Shown here one piece after another: positions 1-11,211 of a DNA stretch of 64,000 nt. Under the pieces are notes generated by a model, which ran no database searches, was not told the DNA's origin, and saw only the letters and a program-made list of their open reading frames with translations. Within the stretch, counting starts at the first letter, position 1, and every line of letters starts with the position of its first letter. The stretch is from Arcobacteraceae bacterium (lineage in GTDB: Bacteria; Campylobacterota; Campylobacteria; Campylobacterales; Arcobacteraceae): positions 1,824,001-1,888,000 of the forward strand of contig OY759974.1 of assembly GCA_963662945.1 (NCBI GenBank), read 5' to 3'. A program made the position numbers and the translations under genes.

Positions 1-1559
1 ATTGAAAGTGTTGGTTTGGATGCAATTAGTTCTATTTTAAATTTTGCAACAGATTCTTTATGTCCTATAATAATTAATACATCTGCCTCTTTGATTATAT
101 ATTGATCAGGCTTTGGATTGAACTTGAATTTTTTATTATTTGAAGTTTCAACTATTCCAATAAGGGTGAGATTAAACTTTGTAAAATCAATATTTTCTAG
201 TTTATGTCCAATGAAGTTAGATTTCTGAATAATCTCAACTTCATCCATAATAGCACCTTCACTATTTAATAAAATATCATCAATAGCTTCAAAGGCAATG
301 GGTTGACCAATATATTCAGCTGCAACTAATGCACTGATTTCATTTGCAGATATAACTTCATTTGCACCAGCTAAAAAAAGTTTTTTCTTTACTTTTTCAC
401 TATTTGCACGAGCTATTATGTTTATATTTGGATTTTGTGAACGAGCAGTAAGTATAATGGAGAGATTTACAGCATCATTATCAGTAATTGCAATAATACT
501 ACTTGCTCCTTTATTAATACCTATATTTGATAAAAAAGTGGAGTCTGTTGCATCCCCTTTTATAGATAAAATATTTTGTGTATTTGCATGAGAAAAAACT
601 TCATCTTTATAATCGATAATAATAAATTTTTGTTTTATTTTCAATAACTCTTCTGCAAGAACTTTTCCCATTCGTCCATAACCACAGATAATAACAAATT
701 CTTTTAGGGCATTTGCTTCACCAATAACTTTTTCCTCTTTTAAAGCAAGCAGTCTTGCACTGAGTGCTGTGGTAACAATCGATGTAAAGAATGCAATAAC
801 ACCAACACCACCTACAACTAAAAAGATAGTGGCAATTCTTCCTTCTGTAGTAACTGGACTAATATCTCCAAATCCAACTGTTGAAATAGTAATAACAGCC
901 CAATAAACAGCATCAAAAAAGGTGTGAATGTTTTCATTAACACCGGCACCTTCATATATAAAAATAATAGTTGAACCAAAAGCAATAGCCATAAAAAACA
1001 TAATTGCAAGTGTAAAAAACTCAAACCGTTTCTCGATGAAAACATCACTAAATTGTTTAATAGAATTTGCATACCTAAGAAGCTTAAAAAGTCTAAATAG
1101 CATTAGAATTCTTAAAATTCTTAAAGGTCTGTAATAAGGTAAAATAGCAAGTAAGTCAATAATTGACATAGGAGAAAAGATAAATTTAATTTTATCTTTG
1201 ATAATGGTTTTTAGAGAATCATTGATATTGTATGTTTGATTGATTAATCGACTTTTTTCATAATCTTCTACAATTTGTTTATGAGCATGGGAGATTACCC
1301 ACAATCTTCCCAACCACTCAATAATAAAAATAATGATTGCAATCATTTCATAGGTACTCAGCCAAGGAAGAGCAACATGATTTACTTCATAAATCATTAT
1401 ACCAACAGTACTAAGTACTAAAAAAATCATCAAAAAATCAAAATATTTTTTCTTTTTTGAACCAGTGTCTTCTAAAAATTCATACGCAAAATGTTTTATT
1501 GCATAATATCTATGAGAACCTTCTAGAAAATAGGCGAATTTTAATAGTATGCTACCCAT
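1..1559 (-). CDS. Voltage-gated-type potassium channel with TrkA_N/TrkA_C (RCK) domains, 3' end outside window
   Basis: Manually translated (absent from ORF track): ATG at 1559 after GAGG RBS, MGSILLKFAYFLEG...; S4-like RPLRILRILMLFRLFKLLRY, pore motif TISTVGFGD, RCK ICGYGRMG. Confidence 0.85.
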   Translation of the reverse strand, partial: MGSILLKFAYFLEGSHRYYAIKHFAYEFLEDTGSKKKKYFDFLMIFLVLSTVGIMIYEVNHVALPWLSTYEMIAIIIFIIEWLGRLWVISHAHKQIVEDYEKSRLINQTYNINDSLKTIIKDKIKFIFSPMSIIDLLAILPYYRPLRILRILMLFRLFKLLRYANSIKQFSDVFIEKRFEFFTLAIMFFMAIAFGSTIIFIYEGAGVNENIHTFFDAVYWAVITISTVGFGDISPVTTEGRIATIFLVVGGVGVIAFFTSIVTTALSARLLALKEEKVIGEANALKEFVIICGYGRMGKVLAEELLKIKQKFIIIDYKDEVFSHANTQNILSIKGDATDSTFLSNIGINKGASSIIAITDNDAVNLSIILTARSQNPNINIIARANSEKVKKKLFLAGANEVISANEISALVAAEYIGQPIAFEAIDDILLNSEGAIMDEVEIIQKSNFIGHKLENIDFTKFNLTLIGIVETSNNKKFKFNPKPDQYIIKEADVLIIIGHKESVAKFKIELIASKPTLS

Positions 1560-1586
1560 ATAAACCTCGCCTATTAAATACTAAAA

Positions 1587-1730
1587 CTATTCAGTTGCTT
1601 CATGAATAGTACTTTTGGTTGCTTCCCATCCATCATTGGTGTCTTTTTTAATACCTTCCCACGTTGCACATCCAGTAGAAACCAAAGTAAATACGAATAG
1701 TAATAGAATCCCTAAAATTTTACTTTTCAT
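1587..1730 (-). CDS. Small entericidin-like lipoprotein (47 aa)
   Basis: AGGAG RBS; MKSKILGILLLFVFTLVSTGCATWEGIKKDTNDGWEATKSTIHEATE; signal peptide with lipobox STGC followed by ATWEGIKKD. Confidence 0.75.
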   Translation of the reverse strand: MKSKILGILLLFVFTLVSTGCATWEGIKKDTNDGWEATKSTIHEATE

Positions 1731-1740
1731 ACATTCTCCT

Positions 1741-3306
1741 TTATATTTGATGAGGATTTTCTTTATTTAACATATCTTTCATAGATAAATAACTATTTAA
1801 AGCTCCCACATAAGCTCTTGCACTTGCTATCATTGTATCTAAATTTAATCCATGTCCTATCATAGGTGGATTATCATCATTAAAGGTAACTTTACAAGTA
1901 ACTTTTGCTAATGCATCTTTCCCTTCGCTTACTGCTTTTACATTATAATCTACTAAAGTACCATTATATCCAGTTATTCTGTCAATTGTTTTAAAAATAG
2001 CATCCATAGCACCATCTCCAATTGCAGCTTCTGTTATTTCTTGATCTTTGTATTTGATACTTACAACTGCACTAGGAACACCTCTACTACAATCAGAGAT
2101 TTGAACAGCCGTAATTTCGTATATTTTGTTATGATTTAATTTTTCATCAGTAACAATCATTCGAACATCATCATCCATAATCTCTTTTTTCTTGTCACAT
2201 AATAATTTAAATCTTTCAAATGCTGTATTTAATTCATCATCAGGTAAGTCAGCAAAACCTAACTGTACTAATTTGTCTTTAAATGCAGCACGACCAGAGT
2301 GTTTTCCTAAAACTATAGAATTGTTTTTTTCAATACCTATATCTTCAGGCTTCATAATCTCATAAGTTTCTTGATGTTTTAAAACACCATCTTGATGGAT
2401 TCCACTTTCATGTGCAAAAGCATTTTTACCAACAATAGCTTTGTTTGGTTGCGGTTCAATACCTGTAATGTTTGCAACCATTTTTGAAGCTTGGTATATC
2501 TCTTTTGTATTGATATTTGTAGTAATACCAGGGAATAAATCTTGTCGTGTTTTTAATGTCATAACAATCTCTTCCATAGCAGCATTTCCAGCTCTCTCAC
2601 CTAAACCATTGATAGTACACTCAACTTGTCTTGCACCAGCTTCAATACCTGCTAAAGTATTTGCAACTCCTAATCCTAAATCATTGTGATTATGTAATGA
2701 TACAATAGCATTAGAACCAATTGAATCAATAAATCCAACCATTTGTTCTACCATAAATCTAATTTCTTGTGGTAATCTATATCCAACAGTATCTGGTAAA
2801 TTTATAGTAGTAGCTCCAGCCTCAATTACAGCTTGTGTAATTTCTTTCATAAAAGATAATTCACTTCTTCCTGCATCTTCCAATGAGAACTCAACATCTT
2901 CTACGAAAGTTCTTGCATATTGTACTGCATGAATTGCTCTTTTGATTACTTCATCTGGACTCATTTTTAATTTATATTGCATATGAATTGGACTCGTTGC
3001 AATAAAAGTGTGAATTCGTTTTGCATTTGCAGCTGCTATTGCTTCACCTGCTGCTTTAATGTCATTGTCAACAGCTCGTGCTAATGAACAGATTTTACTG
3101 TTTTTAATAGTTCTTGCTATTTGTGATATAGCATCAAAATCACCAGGACTTGCAGCTGCAAAACCAGCTTCTATTACATCGACCCGTAATTTTTCTAATT
3201 GTTGCGCTATTTGAATTTTTTCTGCTGTATTCATAGACGCACCAGGACTTTGTTCTCCATCTCTTAATGTTGTATCAAATATTATTATATTTTTGTTATT
3301 TGTCAT
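1741..3306 (-). CDS. leuA: 2-isopropylmalate synthase
   Basis: [35 protein letters not shown] motifs plus C-terminal regulatory domain. Confidence 0.97.
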   Translation of the reverse strand: MTNNKNIIIFDTTLRDGEQSPGASMNTAEKIQIAQQLEKLRVDVIEAGFAAASPGDFDAISQIARTIKNSKICSLARAVDNDIKAAGEAIAAANAKRIHTFIATSPIHMQYKLKMSPDEVIKRAIHAVQYARTFVEDVEFSLEDAGRSELSFMKEITQAVIEAGATTINLPDTVGYRLPQEIRFMVEQMVGFIDSIGSNAIVSLHNHNDLGLGVANTLAGIEAGARQVECTINGLGERAGNAAMEEIVMTLKTRQDLFPGITTNINTKEIYQASKMVANITGIEPQPNKAIVGKNAFAHESGIHQDGVLKHQETYEIMKPEDIGIEKNNSIVLGKHSGRAAFKDKLVQLGFADLPDDELNTAFERFKLLCDKKKEIMDDDVRMIVTDEKLNHNKIYEITAVQISDCSRGVPSAVVSIKYKDQEITEAAIGDGAMDAIFKTIDRITGYNGTLVDYNVKAVSEGKDALAKVTCKVTFNDDNPPMIGHGLNLDTMIASARAYVGALNSYLSMKDMLNKENPHQI

Positions 3307-3373
3307 TTTATAAACCTTGTTATATATTAAATTATTTTAAATTTTTCAATTTAGACTGTGGCTTGATTTTGAA

Positions 3374-3448
3374 TTATTTTGAGGTATGGAGAAGGAGTAG
3401 ATTGGTACTTTTAAATATGATATTTTTAGATATGTATGTAGCTTTCAT
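3374..3448 (-). CDS. Putative leucine leader peptide (24 aa)
   Basis: AGGAGA RBS; MKATYISKNIIFKSTNLLLLHTSK*; four consecutive Leu codons CTA CTC CTT CTC; ends 67 nt upstream of leuA. Confidence 0.7.
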   Translation of the reverse strand: MKATYISKNIIFKSTNLLLLHTSK

Positions 3449-3570
3449 AATCTATCTCCTTTTTAGTGTAATTTATTTTTGTATATTGTACCAAATTTTA
3501 GTTACACTAAAACTTAAGTAAAAATAAGGTATCATATAATAGTATAAAATTCAATAAATAAAGAGAAAAG

Positions 3571-4869
3571 ATGACATTTAGACAGTTAGGGTTATGCAAA
3601 GAAATATCACAAGCCACTGAAGATTTAGGATATTCAAATCCAACCAAAATACAAGAAGAAGCAATAGAATATCTTTTACGGAAAAGAGACCTATTAGCTA
3701 TTGCTCAAACAGGTACTGGTAAAACAGCTGCATTTGTCTTACCGATGCTACAAACTATCAAAGAGTATCAAGATAAAAATGACAATAATAGAATATTATC
3801 AAAACTGATTATCGCCCCAACAAGAGAGTTAGCACTCCAATTAGAAAAAAGTATTAATAATTATGCAAAATATTTGGATATAAAAACAAGTTGTATTTTT
3901 GGTGGAGCAAATATAAAACCACAAATAAAAAAACTTGATGAAAAAGTTGATATAGTGATTGCTACAACTGGTCGATTAATGGATTTAATAGAAAAAGATA
4001 AAATCAATCTTACAAAAGTTGATACTTTAGTACTTGATGAAGCAGATACAATGCTAGATATGGGATTTGTATCGGATATTGAAAAAATTATACTCTCTTT
4101 AACAAATTTAGAACAAACAATTTTATGCTCAGCAACTTTAGGACCAAATGTAAAAAAATTATCAAATACATTATTGAAAAATCCTAAAATAATAGAAGTA
4201 AAATCAACTGATAGAGTGAATGAGCGAGTAGAACAAGTAGCATATCCTGTAACAGCTGATAAAAAGTTAGAGATGCTTTCATTTTTAATTGGAAGTCAAA
4301 ATATGCAACAAGTGCTTGTATTTTGTAAAACAAAAGCAAGTGCTGAAGAGATAGTAAATAACTTAAAACTAGATGGTTTAAAGGCAGCTTCTGTACATGG
4401 AGATAAAACTCATGGAGCAAGAGCAAAAGCAATTACACAATTTAAAGAAACTGAGATAAAAGTTTTAGTAGCAACCGATGTTGCTGCACGAGGTCTTGAT
4501 ATTGTAGATTTATATTATGTAATAAATTTTGATTTACCTTTTATGCCTATAGATTATGTCCATAGAATAGGGCGAACAGCACGTGCAGGAAAACACGGTA
4601 TTGCGATTTCTTTACTAGATGAATTTGATATGGCAGCAATTAGAGAAGTGGAAAAATATGTTGGGCAAAAGATTCCAAAATTAGAACTTGAAGGGTTTGA
4701 TGTTGGTAAAAGAATTAAAATGATTGCCACAAAAAAAATTGTTGAAACAAAGGAAGATATCAAAAGAAAAAAAATAGGTGGTGCTTTTGGAAATAAAAAA
4801 CATAAAAAAGCAAATAAAAGCCAACCAAAGCAACGTGGAAAGAGAATTATCGGACAAAAAAAACAATAA
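3571..4869 (+). CDS. DEAD-box RNA helicase (RhlE-like)
   Basis: Q motif, AQTGTGKT, PTRELA, DEAD, SAT, HRIGRTAR; Lys-rich C-terminal tail. Confidence 0.95.
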   Translation: MTFRQLGLCKEISQATEDLGYSNPTKIQEEAIEYLLRKRDLLAIAQTGTGKTAAFVLPMLQTIKEYQDKNDNNRILSKLIIAPTRELALQLEKSINNYAKYLDIKTSCIFGGANIKPQIKKLDEKVDIVIATTGRLMDLIEKDKINLTKVDTLVLDEADTMLDMGFVSDIEKIILSLTNLEQTILCSATLGPNVKKLSNTLLKNPKIIEVKSTDRVNERVEQVAYPVTADKKLEMLSFLIGSQNMQQVLVFCKTKASAEEIVNNLKLDGLKAASVHGDKTHGARAKAITQFKETEIKVLVATDVAARGLDIVDLYYVINFDLPFMPIDYVHRIGRTARAGKHGIAISLLDEFDMAAIREVEKYVGQKIPKLELEGFDVGKRIKMIATKKIVETKEDIKRKKIGGAFGNKKHKKANKSQPKQRGKRIIGQKKQ

Positions 4870-4905
4870 TTTTTATATAAATTTATTTTAGGAGGATAGT
4901 GAGGA

Positions 4906-5319
4906 ATGCCTAAACTGCAAAAGTTGTTTTTTATTATTGGTTTTATAATTATTTTATCTGGGTGTACTCAACAATATAGTATATTCAATATGGAAAATGA
5001 CAAAGAAACTCTTACTCAAAAACAAAAAAATTGTAATCAACATATAAAAATTATGCAGTATGCATTGTCTTATGTTACAAACGAATTTGAGAAGGGATAT
5101 TTTCATAAAAATGATTTAATAGGTGCTAAAGCACAACTATTTTTAATTGAAAATAATTCACCAAATATATTTGCTAAGAATATCAATGAGGCACAAAAAT
5201 CATACGATATGGAATATAATTTAGCAAAAAAAAACAATTGTAACATAGACGAATTTACAGTATCTCCGATTCAAAAAGTTAAAGATAAACTAAAAACTTT
5301 ATCAGAAGGTCAAAAATGA
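4906..5319 (+). CDS. Hypothetical lipoprotein
   Basis: Hydrophobic N-terminus with lipobox LSGC; overlaps next gene (ATGA). Confidence 0.7.
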   Translation: MPKLQKLFFIIGFIIILSGCTQQYSIFNMENDKETLTQKQKNCNQHIKIMQYALSYVTNEFEKGYFHKNDLIGAKAQLFLIENNSPNIFAKNINEAQKSYDMEYNLAKKNNCNIDEFTVSPIQKVKDKLKTLSEGQK

Positions 5320-5573
5320 TAGTTAATAAACCGGGAATAGTTTTATTCTTTTTATTGACAATACCTCTTTTTGCTAAAGATATTCAAGTAGATAACTTAT
5401 TAGAAAAAGTTCAACATGCCAAGACAGCAGAGGAAAAACAATCTCTTATTGAACAATTAAAACAAAAATTAGCACAAGACAATAAAAAAGCGAGAGAAGA
5501 AGCAAATGCTATTATTGAAGCAAAGAAAAAACTTCCTTCTCGAAATTATAATGATAGTTCTTTAAAAAAATGA
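5316..5573 (+). CDS. Small secreted helical protein, paralog of 7278-7508 and 7695-7925
   Basis: Signal peptide ending PLFA; QVDNLLEKVQHAK..KQSLIEQLKQKL..EANAIIEAK resembles the two paralogs. Confidence 0.7.
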   Translation: MIVNKPGIVLFFLLTIPLFAKDIQVDNLLEKVQHAKTAEEKQSLIEQLKQKLAQDNKKAREEANAIIEAKKKLPSRNYNDSSLKK

Positions 5574-6202
5574 AAATACTACTTTTAGAAGATGATGCTA
5601 TTTTAGCACAAACAATGGTTCAAATTTTGGAACAAGAAAATTATGATGTAACATTGGTAGAAGATGGAGAAGAGGTACTTGAAGCCACATATGAAAATAA
5701 ATTTGATCTTTATTTGTTTGATATCAATGTTCCAATACTCGATGGGAAGGAGACTCTAAAAGCTTTAAGAGATGCTGATGATAATACACCAACTTTTTTT
5801 ATAACAGCATTAAGAGATACTGCTTCAATTTTAGAAGGATTTGATTGTGGTTGTAATGATTATATTAAAAAACCATTTGATTTAGATGAACTTTTGGCTC
5901 GTATCAAAGCAATCTTAAAAAGACAAAATCCAATAATTAAATACAATGATATCACCTTTGATTTATTTGAAAATAGAGTAATCAAAGCAGGCAAAGAGGT
6001 TTCATTAGGGATTGTGGAAAAAGAGATTTTTTCACTACTTGTAAAAAATATCAATATTACAGTCAATAAATCAACATTTTTTGAATATATGAATAAACCA
6101 AGTGATACTGCACTACGAGTATTAATTAGTAAATTAAAAAAGGTTTTAGAACTTAATATAACTAACACAAAAGGTATAGGATATAAGCTTGAAACATTAT
6201 GA
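5570..6202 (+). CDS. OmpR-family response regulator
   Basis: LLEDD, DLYLFDINVP, YIKKPF, C-terminal winged helix ending KGIGYKL. Confidence 0.93.
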   Translation: MKILLLEDDAILAQTMVQILEQENYDVTLVEDGEEVLEATYENKFDLYLFDINVPILDGKETLKALRDADDNTPTFFITALRDTASILEGFDCGCNDYIKKPFDLDELLARIKAILKRQNPIIKYNDITFDLFENRVIKAGKEVSLGIVEKEIFSLLVKNINITVNKSTFFEYMNKPSDTALRVLISKLKKVLELNITNTKGIGYKLETL

Positions 6203-7223
6203 AAAAAAATCTTTTTTTACAGCATTATTTCTCTTTTTTATCCCACTTTTTCTCCTTTCTAGCATTGTTTTATATATGTATCATGAAGAGAGTGTTAAAG
6301 ATATAGAACAAAGAATTCTTTATCAAATGAAAGAGTATACATACGATTTTCAAGGAGATGATTTTTCTCTTGATATTGTAGAAGATGATAAGAAAAAAGA
6401 GATTTTTAAAATATATCATAGTGAAGATGGACTTTGTGCTTATTTTCAAATACCTTCAAAAGGACCTTATCTTTTAAAAGTAATTTTTGATAATGCAAAA
6501 TATGAAAAGCTTTATAATCAATTTATAAAAAAACTTTTTAAATTAGCTATTATTATTTTCTTTTTATTATTTTTTCTCTCTATTGGATTTGCGTTTTATT
6601 CCTTAAGACCAATGAGACAAGCACTTCATCTTTTAGAAGATTTTCTCAAAGATTTAATTCATGATTTAAATACTCCAGCAACTTCAATTTTACTAAATTC
6701 AAAGCTGTTAAGAAGGCGTGGAGATTTTGAGGAGATAGAGAGAATAGAACTTAGTGCTAAAGGGATTGCCTCTTTATATAAAAATTTAGAATTTATGAAT
6801 CCTAATGATATAGTAAATGATGAGGTCGTTGTATTGGATGAGTTAATAAATGAAAAAATAAATATTCTACAAAAAATTTATCCAAATATAAAATTTACAA
6901 AGAGTATAACTAGTACTATTGTAAAAAGTAATAGAAGTGGAGTGGATCGTATTATAGATAATTTGTTGACAAATGCTTGTAAGTATAATAAAAAAAATGG
7001 ACAAGTGCATATAGAGATACAAAATCAAAAACTGATAATAGAAGATACAGGTGTAGGGATAAAAAATACTACAAAAGTTTTTAAACGATATTACAAAGAA
7101 AGCACCAATGGTTTGGGTATTGGTATGAATATTGTTAAACAATTAAGTGATATTTTAAATATATCTATTGATATAAAAAGTGTTGTTGGTAAAGGAACTT
7201 GTGTAGAACTTACTTTTAAATAA
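6189..7223 (+). CDS. Sensor histidine kinase (two TM helices)
   Basis: H-box DLIHDLNTP, N-box NLLTNACKY, DTGVGI, GLGIGM, GKGT. Confidence 0.93.
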   Translation: MKHYEKKSFFTALFLFFIPLFLLSSIVLYMYHEESVKDIEQRILYQMKEYTYDFQGDDFSLDIVEDDKKKEIFKIYHSEDGLCAYFQIPSKGPYLLKVIFDNAKYEKLYNQFIKKLFKLAIIIFFLLFFLSIGFAFYSLRPMRQALHLLEDFLKDLIHDLNTPATSILLNSKLLRRRGDFEEIERIELSAKGIASLYKNLEFMNPNDIVNDEVVVLDELINEKINILQKIYPNIKFTKSITSTIVKSNRSGVDRIIDNLLTNACKYNKKNGQVHIEIQNQKLIIEDTGVGIKNTTKVFKRYYKESTNGLGIGMNIVKQLSDILNISIDIKSVVGKGTCVELTFK

Positions 7224-7225
7224 AA

Positions 7226-7263
7226 TGTAAAATATTTTATAATATACCATAAAATATTTTACA
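7226..7263. terminator. AT-rich perfect inverted repeat between convergent genes
   Basis: TGTAAAATATTTTAT-N8-ATAAAATATTTTACA; near-copy at 7613-7648. Confidence 0.5.
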
Positions 7264-7277
7264 ATAATTATGAGCTA

Positions 7278-7508
7278 TTAATCTGATTTTGTTAATTTTT
7301 CTCTAATAATTGCTTGCGCTGTAATACGATCTTCTTTCTCTACTTTAGCACATTCTCTTTCAAGTTCATCTATTAATTTATCTTGAACTTTATGATTCTT
7401 AGTATTGTTAATTTTATCTACTAACATACTAATTTGTTTTACTTCTGTTGAAAACAAGCTAGTTGCTCCAATAATTGCAAAAATTGCGATGTATTTAGTT
7501 ATCTTCAT
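7278..7508 (-). CDS. Small secreted protein (tandem paralog 1)
   Basis: Signal peptide KYIAIFAIIGATSLFS; clearly similar to 7695-7925. Confidence 0.8.
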   Translation of the reverse strand: MKITKYIAIFAIIGATSLFSTEVKQISMLVDKINNTKNHKVQDKLIDELERECAKVEKEDRITAQAIIREKLTKSD

Positions 7509-7535
7509 TGTTTTTTCCTTTTTTTTGATGTAAGA

Positions 7536-7570
7536 AAGTATAACAAGGAAGTGTAAGTTAAGTGTTAGTT
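7536..7570 (-). promoter_or_regulatory. sigma70 promoter with 11-bp direct repeat (putative OmpR-family binding site)
   Basis: Minus strand AACTAACACTT AACTTACACTT CCT TGT TATACT T; 34/35 identical to 7955-7989. Confidence 0.7.
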
Positions 7571-7612
7571 GAAAAAATATCCGTGTAGAATTTACTTTTG
7601 CATGTTATAGTT

Positions 7613-7648
7613 GTAAAATATTTTATCTATTATGATAAAATATTTTAC
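7613..7648. terminator. AT-rich inverted repeat downstream of paralog 2
   Basis: GTAAAATATTTTATC-N6-GATAAAATATTTTAC. Confidence 0.5.
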
Positions 7649-7694
7649 TAAAATTATTAAATTAAATTTGTAAATGTATAGAGTTATATAGTTT

Positions 7695-7925
7695 TTAGTG
7701 AGATGATTTTAATTTTTCATCAACGATAGCTTGTGCTTTAGTAAGATCTTTTTTATCTAGCATTTCAAGTTCTTTTTCTAGTGTATCCATCAAGTTCTTT
7801 TTAGCTTTTACGTCACTTGTATTGTTGATCTGATCTACCAAAATACTAATTTGTTTGACTTCTGCTGCAAATAAACTTGTTGCACCAATAATGGCTAAAA
7901 TTGCTATATATTTACTTAAGTTCAT
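7695..7925 (-). CDS. Small secreted protein (tandem paralog 2)
   Basis: AGGAGG RBS; signal peptide KYIAILAIIGATSLFA; EVKQISILVDQINNT shared with paralog 1. Confidence 0.8.
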   Translation of the reverse strand: MNLSKYIAILAIIGATSLFAAEVKQISILVDQINNTSDVKAKKNLMDTLEKELEMLDKKDLTKAQAIVDEKLKSSH

Positions 7926-7954
7926 TGTTTCCTCCTTTCTTGTAAGATGTATGG

Positions 7955-7989
7955 AAGTATAACAAGGAAGTGTAAGTTAAGTGTAAGTT
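7955..7989 (-). promoter_or_regulatory. sigma70 promoter with perfect 11-bp direct repeat
   Basis: Minus strand AACTTACACTT AACTTACACTT CCT TGT TATACT T (extended -10 TGnTATACT). Confidence 0.7.
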
Positions 7990-8027
7990 TAAAACAGAAC
8001 AATTAATATTGATTCAGTTTTACTTAA

Positions 8028-8795
<768 letters not shown>

Positions 8796-8807
8796 GAAGG
8801 AAATAAA

Positions 8808-9017
8808 ATGAGATTAGAAGAGATATTAGCACAAGCGTTAGAAAGAGTAAATAATGATAGATATGTACTAGCAGTTGCTGTTGGTCAAAGAGCTGATGAA
8901 TTAAGTAAAGGTGCAAAACCTTTAATTGATAGTAATCAAACTAAAAACATGAAATACACTGATATTGCAATTAAAGAGATTGCTTCAGGTGTATTAGTAA
9001 TAGATGGTTTAGAATAA
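8808..9017 (+). CDS. rpoZ: RNA polymerase omega subunit
   Basis: DRYVLAVAVGQRADEL, IAIKEIA; pyrH-rpoZ-spoT synteny. Confidence 0.92.
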   Translation: MRLEEILAQALERVNNDRYVLAVAVGQRADELSKGAKPLIDSNQTKNMKYTDIAIKEIASGVLVIDGLE

Positions 9018-9043
9018 GACTTATTTTTATAATTTGAATTGCA

Positions 9044-11203
9044 TTGAATAAGTTTTTAAATAGTATAAAACATACAAAAACAATTGAGGGTGCATTAAAG
9101 TTACTTAAAACACATTTTAAGTTAACTTCTGATGTTGAAAAAGCCCTCGACTTTTCAATTAATGCACACCAAAATCAGTTTAGAAAAAGTGGTGAAGAGT
9201 ATGTAGTGCATCCTATATTAGTAGCTGTTATTACAGCATACTATAGTAATGATGAACATATGGTAATGGCTGCATTATTACATGATGTAGTAGAAGATAC
9301 ACCAACTACGCTTCCCATTATAGAAAAAGAATTTGGTAAAGATGTCGCTCATATTGTTGATGGGTTGACAAAAATCACAGAGATTAGAGAGCATGAACTT
9401 GCACCTGCTACAGATAATGCAAAACTTATAACTTCTGCACTTACATTTAGAAAAATGCTTGTAGCTGCTATAGATGATGTAAGGGTAATGGTTGTAAAGT
9501 TATGCGATAGACTTCATAATATGCTTACACTTGAAGCATTAACAGCAGAAAAACAAAAAAGAATATCTGAAGAAACATTAGTTGTATATGCACCAATTGC
9601 ACATAGACTTGGTATCTCTACAATTAAAAATGTTTTAGAAGATTTAGCTTTCTTTTACTTGTATCCAGAAGAATATGAAAAAATTGATACACATATGAAA
9701 GAGTATCAACAAAAGGTACAATTAACAATTAATAACTTTTTATCAAAAACAAAAAATGTATTAGATAAAAATGGATTTACAGATAATATAAAAATATTTA
9801 GTAGAATTAAACATTATTATTCAATTTTTTTAAAAATACAAAGAAAAGGGGTAAGTATAGATGAAGTACTTGACCTTTATGCAATAAGAATTTTAGTACA
9901 AGAACCAATTGATTGTTATAATATTTTAGGAATTATTCATATCAATTTTAAACCATTAGTTTCTCGATTTAAAGATTACGTTTCAGTTCCAAAAGAAAAT
10001 GGATATCAAACGATTCATACAACAGTATTTTCAGATTCAAAAATATTTGAGGTACAAATTCGCACCTTTGATATGCATGATATTGCAGAGTATGGAGTTG
10101 CTGCACACTGGAAATATAAAAGTGGAACAGTAGCTAGTTCAAATGTTAAAGGACCAAATCTTGATTGGTTACATTCTCTTGCTGCTAATGATGCAAGTGT
10201 AGAAGAATTTTATAATGATGCCAAACAAGATTTATATAGTGAAGATATAATAGTGTATTCACCAAAAGGTGATATTTTTATGCTTCCTCGTGGTTCAACT
10301 GCCTTTGATTTTGCATATGCTATTCATACCGATGTTGGTAATTATGCAATGGAATCTATGATAAATAAAGTTAAAAAACCATTATTAACACAACTAAGAA
10401 GTGGAGATATTGTTTCAATTATTACAAATAATCATATAATTCCTCGATGTACTTGGCAAGATATGGTACAAACTACAAAAGCCAAAAAATCAATTAAAAC
10501 ACTATGCCATAATAGATTAAAACACATAGATGATTTAAGTAGTAGAAATATTATAAATACAATTTTTTCAAGGTATAAAGAGTTTATTTTAGATGAATTA
10601 ACTGATTTAAAATTAACAAATCTCAATAAAATAGTTTACAATCTTGATCATTTAAAACATACAAAGCGAACAATACAAAAATATGTACGTGCAACTGAAG
10701 GGATTTTTGCAAGATTTAAAGTGCAAGGGTTGAGTTTAAAAAAAATCCAATTTGACAATGTTTTGATATATTCAAATTTTAGCATAAATACTGTATCATT
10801 TGACCACTGTTGTCATCCAAAATTTGGTGATGATATTGTAGCTTTGAAAGATCATAAAGATGTGACTATACATCATAAACTATGTGAAAAAGCATACAAG
10901 AAAATGAAAAAAAATAATCAAATGTTGTATTGTGATTGGGTAAAAGATAAATACTATAAATATAAAATGGTTGTTAGCTTTGCAAATATGCGAGGTGAAT
11001 TAGCAAAATTTTTAACATATTTATCTGTAGAACATGAAGCTACGATTTTACTTGTAGATTATGGGAGAGATAAATATGCATCGAATCAGTATTGTACAAT
11101 AGATTTTGAAATAAAAAATGATAATAAAGATCAAGTTAGAGCTTTATGTGAACAAAAAGTAAAAATTATAGAATTTTATTTAACTTTAGATGCTTATAAA
11201 TAG
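9044..11203 (+). CDS. spoT: Bifunctional (p)ppGpp synthetase/hydrolase
   Basis: HD motif [37 protein letters not shown] domain. Confidence 0.96.
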   Translation: MNKFLNSIKHTKTIEGALKLLKTHFKLTSDVEKALDFSINAHQNQFRKSGEEYVVHPILVAVITAYYSNDEHMVMAALLHDVVEDTPTTLPIIEKEFGKDVAHIVDGLTKITEIREHELAPATDNAKLITSALTFRKMLVAAIDDVRVMVVKLCDRLHNMLTLEALTAEKQKRISEETLVVYAPIAHRLGISTIKNVLEDLAFFYLYPEEYEKIDTHMKEYQQKVQLTINNFLSKTKNVLDKNGFTDNIKIFSRIKHYYSIFLKIQRKGVSIDEVLDLYAIRILVQEPIDCYNILGIIHINFKPLVSRFKDYVSVPKENGYQTIHTTVFSDSKIFEVQIRTFDMHDIAEYGVAAHWKYKSGTVASSNVKGPNLDWLHSLAANDASVEEFYNDAKQDLYSEDIIVYSPKGDIFMLPRGSTAFDFAYAIHTDVGNYAMESMINKVKKPLLTQLRSGDIVSIITNNHIIPRCTWQDMVQTTKAKKSIKTLCHNRLKHIDDLSSRNIINTIFSRYKEFILDELTDLKLTNLNKIVYNLDHLKHTKRTIQKYVRATEGIFARFKVQGLSLKKIQFDNVLIYSNFSINTVSFDHCCHPKFGDDIVALKDHKDVTIHHKLCEKAYKKMKKNNQMLYCDWVKDKYYKYKMVVSFANMRGELAKFLTYLSVEHEATILLVDYGRDKYASNQYCTIDFEIKNDNKDQVRALCEQKVKIIEFYLTLDAYK

Positions 11204-11211
11204 GGATAGAA

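Noticed and set aside
818-1134. Two short ORFs from the track
   Set aside because: Alternative frames inside the potassium channel gene 1-1559.
3267-3521. 84-aa plus-strand ORF over the leuA upstream region
   Set aside because: Low-complexity antisense frame overlapping leuA and the better-supported minus-strand Leu leader.
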